Source: a virus
Taxonomy: Duplodnaviria > Heunggongvirae > Uroviricota > Caudoviricetes > Peduoviridae
Virus record (IMG/VR): IMGVR_UViG_2531839583_000014
DNA: 4,923 bases
Reading direction: 5' to 3' (one strand)
Position 1 is the first letter of the stretch; each line of letters opens with the position of its first letter. A program made the position numbers and the translations under genes. A model generated the notes under the pieces. That model did no database searches. It worked only from the letters and a program-made list of their open reading frames with translations, and was not told where the DNA came from. Shown here one piece after another: positions 1-4,923 of this stretch.

Positions 1-585
1 TTATAACGTCACTCCGCCTTTTAGTGGATTCAGAGCGACGGCATTTTGCAGGTAGTCAGGCGCAAGGTGCGCATAGGCCATCGTCTGCTGAATGCTCGCA
101 TGTCCCAGAATCTGTTGCAGTGCGATTATATTGCCCCCATTCATCATGAAATGGCTTGCGAATGTATGCCGCAGGATGTGGGTTGCCTGATTGGGTGGTA
201 TATCAGGTTTCACTCTGCGTAAAATCCCGCAAAATTTCTCATAATCAACTTTGAATAATTTGGCGCTGGCCTCCTCTTTAACTTTTTTCTCCAGTTCCTC
301 AGAAATCGGCACGGTTCGCTTTTTACCGTTTTTGGTTTTCAGGAAGGTAACCCTGCAATTTGTAATCTGTGCTGGTTTTAGCGTGGCAACTTCCGTCCAT
401 CTTCCTCCAGTGCTCAGACATAAAAGCGCGACAAGTAAGTCATCACCAGCCAAAACATTTAACAGTTTTTCGATTTCTGCTTTTTCCAGGAACGTCATTT
501 CAGGGTTGGCCTCCGCCAGTGGCGGCAGTCCGTGAATTGGGTGTTGCCCGGAAAATTCATCCAATTGAATTAATTTTGTGAACAT
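1..585 (-). CDS. int: Tyrosine recombinase / phage integrase of the P2-HP1-186 family, catalytic domain only (N-terminally truncated, probable pseudogene fragment)
   Basis: The translation carries the tyrosine-recombinase catalytic motifs: box I Arg in LSTGGRWTEV, box II HILRHTFASHFMMNGGNI, and LGHASIQQTMAYAHL with the nucleophilic Tyr. The 194 aa from the first ATG (583..585) is well short of the roughly 340 aa typical of this family. The frame stays open upstream to the stop at 718..720 with no further ATG/GTG/TTG, so the arm-binding and core-binding N-terminal domains are missing. Stop codon is at 1..3. Confidence 0.75.
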   Translation of the reverse strand: MFTKLIQLDEFSGQHPIHGLPPLAEANPEMTFLEKAEIEKLLNVLAGDDLLVALLCLSTGGRWTEVATLKPAQITNCRVTFLKTKNGKKRTVPISEELEKKVKEEASAKLFKVDYEKFCGILRRVKPDIPPNQATHILRHTFASHFMMNGGNIIALQQILGHASIQQTMAYAHLAPDYLQNAVALNPLKGGVTL

Positions 586-669
586 GCCGGATACAGCTAT
601 CAGGGCGTTGCAAAGTCCGTCACGCTGCCAAAACTGACCCGTAAGCTCGAAAACTATCGCGGTGCGGGG

Positions 670-1062
670 ATGAACGGCAGCGCACCGGTAGACCTCGGCC
701 TTGATGACGATGCGCTGTCAATGGAGTGGTCGCTCGGGGGCTTCCCGGATTCGGTTATCTGGGAGCTTTACGCCGCAACCGGTGTGGATGCCGTACCGAT
801 TCGTTTTGCTGGCTCTTACCAGCGCGACGATACCGGCGAAACGGTGGCCGTCGAAGTGGTCATGCGTGGCCGTCAGAAAGAAATCGACACCGGCGAGGGT
901 AAACAGGGAGAAGACACCGAGTCGAAAATCTCCGTGGTCTGCACTTATTTCCGGCTGACGATGGACGGTAAGGAGCTGGTCGAAATCGACACTATCAACA
1001 TGATTGAGAAGGTGAACGGCGTCGACCGGCTGGAGCAACACCGCCGCAATATCGGCCTGTGA
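670..1062 (+). CDS. FII: Phage major tail tube protein FII, probably 5'-truncated (ATG at 670 is an internal Met; frame open back to 574)
   Basis: 130-aa ORF ending ...VDRLEQHRRNIGL. The same frame is open upstream to the stop at 571..573 and encodes ...GVAKSVTLPKLTRKLENYRGAG before the Met, which I recognise as a tail-tube motif. P2 FII is about 172 aa, so at least about 10 N-terminal codons are missing, and more if the junction with int-derived sequence lies further right. A GGGG run sits just upstream of the 670 ATG. Confidence 0.7.
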   Translation: MNGSAPVDLGLDDDALSMEWSLGGFPDSVIWELYAATGVDAVPIRFAGSYQRDDTGETVAVEVVMRGRQKEIDTGEGKQGEDTESKISVVCTYFRLTMDGKELVEIDTINMIEKVNGVDRLEQHRRNIGL

Positions 1063-1069
1063 TTTTCAT

Positions 1070-1090
1070 CCGGTCAGCCAGGCTGACCGG
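1070..1090. repeat. Perfect 10-bp inverted repeat CCGGTCAGCC-a-GGCTGACCGG in the FII-E intergenic region (potential RNA stem-loop)
   Basis: 1070..1079 is the exact reverse complement of 1081..1090, 8 nt after the FII stop codon and 29 nt before the E start. It is not followed by a U-run. Confidence 0.5.
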
Positions 1091-1118
1091 TTAACCCCGA
1101 TTCAGAAGTGAGAAAACC

Positions 1119-1394
1119 ATGAACAAAGAAAATGTGATTACCCTGGAAAATCCGGTCAAACGTGGTGAGCAGGTTATCGAACAGGTCACGCTGATGAAAC
1201 CCAGTGCCGGGACACTGCGCGGTGTCAGTCTGGCTGCGGTCGCGAACTCCGAAGTCGATGCACTGATTAAGGTGCTGCCGCGCATGACGGCACCGATGCT
1301 GACCGAGCAGGAAGTCGCCGCGCTGGAACTGCCTGACCTTGTGGCGCTGGCCGGTAAGGTGGTCGGTTTTTTGTCGCCGAACTCGGTGCAGTGA
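1119..1394 (+). CDS. E: Phage tail assembly chaperone E (P2 gpE)
   Basis: 91-aa ORF, the same length as P2 gpE. It sits between the tube and tape-measure genes and contains the TTTTTTG slippery heptamer near its 3' end. Stop TGA at 1392..1394. Confidence 0.85.
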   Translation: MNKENVITLENPVKRGEQVIEQVTLMKPSAGTLRGVSLAAVANSEVDALIKVLPRMTAPMLTEQEVAALELPDLVALAGKVVGFLSPNSVQ

Positions 1395-1546
1395 CGTTTC
1401 CAAAAAATCTCTCGGTCGATGACCTGATGGCGGATGTGGCAGTGATATTTCACTGGCCGCCATCAGAACTGTATCCCATGAGCCTGACCGAACTCATCAC
1501 ATGGCGCGAAAAGGCGCTCCGGCGAAGCGGAAACACGAATGAGTAA
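1119..1546 (+). CDS. E': E+E' tail chaperone fusion made by programmed -1 ribosomal frameshift (shift at 1367..1373)
   Basis: After a -1 slip on T_TTT_TTG, the -1 frame is open from 1373 to the TAA at 1544..1546 and encodes VAELGAVTFPKNLSVDDLMADVAVIFHWPPSELYPMSLTELITWREKALRRSGNTNE. The predicted fusion is 85 + 57 = 142 aa, the size of P2 E+E'. Its end overlaps the T start codon. Confidence 0.7.
1367..1373 (+). other. Slippery heptanucleotide T_TTT_TTG for the -1 programmed frameshift of E into E'
   Basis: Heptamer in X_XXY_YYZ register relative to the E frame (codons TTT 1368..1370, TTG 1371..1373), located 7 codons before the E stop with an open -1 frame downstream. It matches the motif described for the P2 tail operon. 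Confidence 0.7.
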
Positions 1547-2966
1547 CAATGTAAAATTACAGGTATTGCTCAGGGCTGTTGACCAGGCATCCCGCCCGTT
1601 TAAATCCATCCGCACAGCGAGTAAGTCGCTGTCGGGGGAAAGCCGTGCCGTGTTAAGTCGCCTGCAGGCACCGACGGGAAAAGCATGGGATGCACTCAAA
1701 GAGCTTGGCGTGAAAACCTCAGACAGTAAGGGGAATACCCGACCAGTATTTACCATTCTGAAAGAAATGCAGGCCAGTTTTGAGAAAAACCGGCTCGGTA
1801 CTGCCCAGCAGGCTGAATACATGAAAACCATTTTCGGGGAGGAGGCCAGCTCAGCCGCCGCCGTGCTGATGACTGCCGCCTCAACCGGAAAGCTGGACAA
1901 ACTGACCGCTGCGTTTAAAGCCTCAGACGGGAAGACCGCCGAGCTGGTAAATATCATGCAGGACAACCTCGGCGGTGACTTTAAGGAGTTTCAGTCCGCT
2001 TATGAGGCGGTGGGGACAGACCTGTTTGACCAGCAGGAAGGCGCGCTGCGTAAGCTCACACAGACGGCCACAAAGTATGTGTTAAAACTCGACGGCTGGA
2101 TACAGAAAAACAAATCACTGGCGTCAACCATTGGCCTCATTGCCGGTGGCGCGCTGGCGCTTACTGGCATCATCGGTGCAATTGGTCTTGTTGCCTGGCC
2201 GGTTATCACTGGCATCAATGCCATCATCGCGGCAGCAGGCGCAATGGGGGCAATCTTCACGACGGTTGGCAGTGCTGTTATGACGGCCATCGGGGCGATT
2301 AGCTGGCCGGTTGTGGCCGTGGTGGCCGCCATTGTCGCCGGGGCGTTGCTTATCCGTAAATACTGGGAGCCTGTCAGCACATTCTTTGGCGGTGTGATGG
2401 AAGGGCTGAAAGCGGCATTTGCGCCGGTGGGGGAACTGTTCACGCCACTTAAGCCGGTGTTTGACTGGCTGGGCGAAAAGTTACAGGCCGCGTGGCAGTG
2501 GTTTAAAAACCTGATTGCCCCGGTCAAAGCCACCCAGGACACCCTGAACCGTTGCCGTGATACTGGCGTCATGTTCGGGCAGGCACTGGCTGACGCGCTG
2601 ATGCTGCCGCTTAATGCGTTCAACAAACTGCGCAGCGGAATTGACTGGGTACTGGAAAAACTCGGTGTTATCAACAAAGAGTCAGACACACTTGACCAGA
2701 CCGCCGCCAGAACTCAAGCCGCCACGTATGGCAGCGGTGGTTATATTCCGGCGACCAGCTCTTATGCAGGCTATCAGGCTTATCAGCCGGTCACGGCACC
2801 GGCTGGCCGCTCTTATGTGGACCAGAGTAAAAACGAATATCACATCAGCCTGACCGGTGGTACTGCGCCGGGGACACAGCTTGACCGCCAGTTACAGGAT
2901 GCGCTCGAAAAATACGAGCGGGATAAACGTGCGCGCGCCCGTGCCAGCATGATGCATGACGGTTAA
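1539..2966 (+). CDS. T: Phage tail tape-measure protein T, unusually short (475 aa; likely internally deleted)
   Basis: Sits between E/E' and U as in P2. Contains a tape-measure-like segment (RPVFTILKEMQASFEKNRLGTAQQAEYMKTIFGEEASSAAAVLM) and a long Gly/Ala-rich hydrophobic stretch (LASTIGLIAGGALALTGIIGAIGLVAWPVITGINAIIAAAGAMGAIF...) typical of tape-measure proteins. P2 gpT is about 815 aa as I recall, so roughly 340 aa are missing. Stop TAA at 2964..2966. Confidence 0.85.
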   Translation: MSNNVKLQVLLRAVDQASRPFKSIRTASKSLSGESRAVLSRLQAPTGKAWDALKELGVKTSDSKGNTRPVFTILKEMQASFEKNRLGTAQQAEYMKTIFGEEASSAAAVLMTAASTGKLDKLTAAFKASDGKTAELVNIMQDNLGGDFKEFQSAYEAVGTDLFDQQEGALRKLTQTATKYVLKLDGWIQKNKSLASTIGLIAGGALALTGIIGAIGLVAWPVITGINAIIAAAGAMGAIFTTVGSAVMTAIGAISWPVVAVVAAIVAGALLIRKYWEPVSTFFGGVMEGLKAAFAPVGELFTPLKPVFDWLGEKLQAAWQWFKNLIAPVKATQDTLNRCRDTGVMFGQALADALMLPLNAFNKLRSGIDWVLEKLGVINKESDTLDQTAARTQAATYGSGGYIPATSSYAGYQAYQPVTAPAGRSYVDQSKNEYHISLTGGTAPGTQLDRQLQDALEKYERDKRARARASMMHDG

Positions 2967-2971
2967 GGAGG
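2965..2971 (+). promoter_or_regulatory. Shine-Dalgarno sequence AAGGAGG for U
   Basis: Near-consensus AAGGAGG lying 9 nt upstream of the U ATG at 2981 and overlapping the T stop codon. Confidence 0.6.
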
Positions 2972-2980
2972 TGACGAAAA

Positions 2981-3460
2981 ATGATGCTCGCGTTAGGTAT
3001 GTTTGTTTTTATGCGCCAGACGCTGCCACACCAGACCATGCAGCGTGAATCAGATTATCGCTGGCCGTCAAATTCCCGTATCGGTAAACGGGATGCCTTT
3101 CAGTTTCTCGGTGTGGGTGAGGAAAACATCACGCTTGCCGGTGTGCTTTATCCAGAACTGACCGGCGGCAAGCTGACGATGACCACGCTCAGGCTGATGG
3201 CAGAGGAAGGCCGGGCGTGGCCGTTGCTGGATGGCACCGGCATGATTTACGGCATGTATGTCATCAGCAGGGTGAGTGAAACAGGGAGTATTTTCTTTGC
3301 AGACGGCACACCCCGAAAAATTGATTTTACGCTGTCGCTCACCCGCGTTGATGAATCACTGGCCGCGCTTTATGGCGATATCGGTAAACAGGCGGAATCG
3401 CTCATCGGTAAGGCTGGCAGTATGGCGACTAAATTCACGGGTATGACGGGGGCGGGATAA
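2981..3460 (+). CDS. U: Phage tail protein U (P2 gpU)
   Basis: 159-aa ORF, the same length as P2 gpU, preceded by a strong RBS. Its stop overlaps the D start (TAATG), as expected for translational coupling in the P2 tail operon. Confidence 0.85.
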   Translation: MMLALGMFVFMRQTLPHQTMQRESDYRWPSNSRIGKRDAFQFLGVGEENITLAGVLYPELTGGKLTMTTLRLMAEEGRAWPLLDGTGMIYGMYVISRVSETGSIFFADGTPRKIDFTLSLTRVDESLAALYGDIGKQAESLIGKAGSMATKFTGMTGAG

Positions 3461-4623
3461 TGCTGGATGCACTGACATTTGATGCAGGCAGTACGCTGAC
3501 GCCGGATTACATGCTGATGCTCGACAGCAGGGATATTACCGGCAATATCAGCGACCGTCTGATGAGCATGACCCTGACGGATAACCGGGGCTTTGAGGCT
3601 GACCAGCTTGATATTGAACTGAACGATGCCGACGGGCAGGTCGGGCTGCCGGTTCGTGGCGCTGTCCTGACGGTGTATATCGGCTGGGAAGGGTTTGCCC
3701 TGGTATGCAAAGGGAAATTTACCGTTGATGAGGTTGAACACCGGGGCGCGCCAGATGTGGTCACCATCCGCGCCCGGAGTGCAGATTTTCGCGGGACGCT
3801 CAATTCCCGCCGTGAAGGCTCCTGGCATGACACCACGCTCGGTGCGATTGTTAAGGCGATAGCCACCCGTAACAGGCTGGAAGCCAGTGTCGCTCCGTCA
3901 CTGGCCGGAATAAAAATTCCACACATCGACCAGTCGCAGGAGTCTGATGCGAAATTCCTGACCCGTCTTGCAGAACGCAACGGCGGTGAGGTGTCGGTAA
4001 AAATGGGAAAACTGTTGTTTCTCAAAGCGGGGCAGGGAGTGACGGCCGGCGGTAAAAAAATCCCGCAGGTCACCATAACCCGCAGCGACGGCGACCGCCA
4101 TCATTTTGCGATTGCTGACCGTGGAGCCTACACCGGTGTAACGGCAAAATGGCTACACACTAAAGACCCGAAGCCGCAAAAGCAGAAGGTAAAACTGAAA
4201 CGCAAAAAGAAAGAGAAACACCTGCGCGCACTGGAGCACCCGAAAGCGAAACCGGTCAGGCAGAAGAAAGCGCCTAAAGTACCGGAAGCGCGTGAAGGTG
4301 AATACATGGCCGGTGAGGCTGACAACGTTTTTGCCCTGACCACGGTATATGCCACGAAAGCGCAGGCCATGCGCGCCGCTCAGGCGAAGTGGGATAAACT
4401 GCAACGGGGCGTTGCGGAGTTCTCCATCAGCCTGGCTACCGGTCGGGCAGATATTTACACGGAAACACCGGTCAAAGTGTCAGGCTTTAAGCGCGTCATA
4501 GACGAGCAGGACTGGACAATCACTAAGGTGACACATTTTCTGAATAATAGCGGCTTCACGACGTCCTTGGAGCTTGAGGTCAGGCTTTCTGATGTGGAGT
4601 ACGAAACAGAAGATGAAGAATGA
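3460..4623 (+). CDS. D: Phage tail protein D (P2 gpD, Phage_GPD family)
   Basis: 387-aa ORF, the same length as P2 gpD, lying directly between U and ogr. Contains a lysine-rich basic segment (KDPKPQKQKVKLKRKKKEKHLRALEHPKAKPVRQKKAPKV) and an acidic C-terminus (EYETEDEE). Confidence 0.85.
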   Translation: MLDALTFDAGSTLTPDYMLMLDSRDITGNISDRLMSMTLTDNRGFEADQLDIELNDADGQVGLPVRGAVLTVYIGWEGFALVCKGKFTVDEVEHRGAPDVVTIRARSADFRGTLNSRREGSWHDTTLGAIVKAIATRNRLEASVAPSLAGIKIPHIDQSQESDAKFLTRLAERNGGEVSVKMGKLLFLKAGQGVTAGGKKIPQVTITRSDGDRHHFAIADRGAYTGVTAKWLHTKDPKPQKQKVKLKRKKKEKHLRALEHPKAKPVRQKKAPKVPEAREGEYMAGEADNVFALTTVYATKAQAMRAAQAKWDKLQRGVAEFSISLATGRADIYTETPVKVSGFKRVIDEQDWTITKVTHFLNNSGFTTSLELEVRLSDVEYETEDEE

Positions 4624-4641
4624 TGTGTTTTATTTATCTGT

Positions 4642-4670
4642 TTGTTTTGTAAGGATAAATTAACTAAAAT
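4642..4670 (+). promoter_or_regulatory. Candidate sigma70 promoter for ogr (-35 TTGTTT 4642..4647, 17-nt spacer, -10 TAAAAT 4665..4670)
   Basis: AT-rich intergenic region between the D stop (4623) and the ogr ATG (4705). Hexamers were picked by eye; the -35 is weak (3 of 6) and the -10 is 5 of 6. Confidence 0.25.
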
Positions 4671-4704
4671 GGCACCATCAACAAAACCGGAAGAGGTGCT
4701 CGCG

Positions 4705-4923
4705 ATGTTTCATTGTCCTTTATGCCAGCATGCCGCACATGCGCGTACAAGTCGCTATATCACTGACACGACAAAAGAGCGTTATCACCAGTGTCAGAAC
4801 GTGAATTGCAGCGCCACGTTCATCACCTATGAGTCGGTACAGAGATACATCGTGAAGCCGGGAGAAGTCCACGCCGTAAGGCCGCACCCGTTGCCGTCAG
4901 GGCAGCAAATTATGTGGATGTGA
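4705..4923 (+). CDS. ogr: Ogr, zinc-finger late transcription activator (P2 Ogr / E. coli OgrK-like)
   Basis: 72-aa product MFHCPLCQHAAHARTSRYITDTTKERYHQCQNVNCSATFITYESVQRYIVKPGEVHAVRPHPLPSGQQIMWM with a CxxC...CxxxxC zinc-binding arrangement. This matches the Ogr/OgrK sequence as I recall it. The ORF-track start at 4642 is a TTG codon that would add 21 residues; I prefer the ATG at 4705. Confidence 0.9.
   Translation: MFHCPLCQHAAHARTSRYITDTTKERYHQCQNVNCSATFITYESVQRYIVKPGEVHAVRPHPLPSGQQIMWM

Larger units (their letters stand above)
1..4923 (+). mobile_element. P2-like cryptic prophage remnant: int fragment, tail block FII'-E/E'-T(short)-U-D, and ogr
   Basis: Gene order and orientation match the right end of a P2-type prophage (FII-E-E'-T-U-D-ogr rightward, int leftward with its 3' end at the outer edge). 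ORF lengths of E (91 aa), E+E' (142 aa), U (159 aa), D (387 aa) and Ogr (72 aa) match the P2 proteins as I recall them. Head, lysis, sheath and baseplate genes are absent. Confidence 0.8.

Noticed and set aside
251-581. Plus-strand ORFs 251..535 (94 aa) and 369..581 (70 aa) inside the integrase region
   Set aside because: They lie antisense to the integrase ORF, which has clear catalytic motifs. Their products are low-complexity and Ser/Phe-rich with no recognisable domain. They are most likely shadow ORFs.
701-1041. ORFs 701..958 (+) and 718..1041 (-) overlapping the tail tube gene
   Set aside because: These are alternative-frame and antisense ORFs within FII coding sequence. The FII frame carries the recognisable tail-tube motif and the others do not.
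1074-1966. Minus-strand ORFs 1074..1463, 1091..1453 and 1463..1966 antisense to E/E' and the 5' part of T
   Set aside because: They are fully overlapped by well-supported plus-strand genes, are Arg/Ser-rich in the way of GC-rich antisense frames, and have no start or RBS context.
2000-2689. 229-aa minus-strand ORF antisense to the middle of T
   Set aside because: It arises from the Gly/Ala-rich hydrophobic repeat region of the tape-measure gene, where GCN/GGN codons suppress stops on the opposite strand. It is an artefact of composition, not a gene.
2614-3039. ORFs 2614..2853 (+) and 2845..3039 (-) around the T-U junction
   Set aside because: They overlap the T 3' end and U 5' end out of frame or antisense, show no motifs, and would disrupt the tightly coupled T-U arrangement.
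3370-4404. Minus-strand ORFs 3370..3828, 3507..4076, 3898..4104, 4128..4370 and 4153..4404 antisense to U/D
   Set aside because: All lie inside the gpD or gpU coding sequences on the opposite strand, and their products are low-complexity. I take them as shadow ORFs.
4642-4704. N-terminal extension of ogr from the TTG at 4642 (ORF-track 93-aa version)
   Set aside because: Canonical Ogr/OgrK is 72 aa and begins MFHCPLC. The extension would start at a non-ATG codon inside the AT-rich promoter-like region.
1-4923. A novel anti-phage defence or other undescribed system, CRISPR array, tRNA, or att-site tRNA fragment
   Set aside because: Every substantial ORF is accounted for by the int fragment, the tail block FII-E-E'-T-U-D, and ogr. 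No direct-repeat or spacer arrays or tRNA-like structures are visible. The known P2 accessory and defence positions (between G and FI, and the tin and old region) would lie in the deleted part, not in this window.

Overview
The window is one contiguous block from a P2-like (Peduovirus-type) prophage, and it looks like a decayed remnant rather than a complete phage. All calls rest on reading the supplied translations and the DNA by eye; no database search or alignment was run. On the minus strand at the left edge is the catalytic-domain portion of a P2/HP1-family tyrosine integrase (1..585). On the plus strand follows the distal part of the P2 tail operon: a tail tube (FII) gene that appears to lack its 5' end (670..1062), tail chaperone E with its -1 frameshift extension E' (1119..1394 and 1119..1546, slippery TTTTTTG at 1367..1373), a tape-measure gene T of only 475 aa (1539..2966), tail gene U (2981..3460), tail gene D (3460..4623) and the zinc-finger late activator ogr (4705..4923). 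The window starts at the int stop codon and ends at the ogr stop codon. Head, lysis, sheath, baseplate, replication and immunity genes are absent. The simplest reading is a large internal deletion joining int to FII, plus a second in-frame deletion inside T. I found no CRISPR array, tRNA or rRNA, and no ORF that is unexplained by the tail cluster, so I cannot support a novel defence or other undescribed system here. The points worth a second look are the two deletion junctions, the possibly expressible integrase catalytic fragment, and a perfect palindrome between FII and E.
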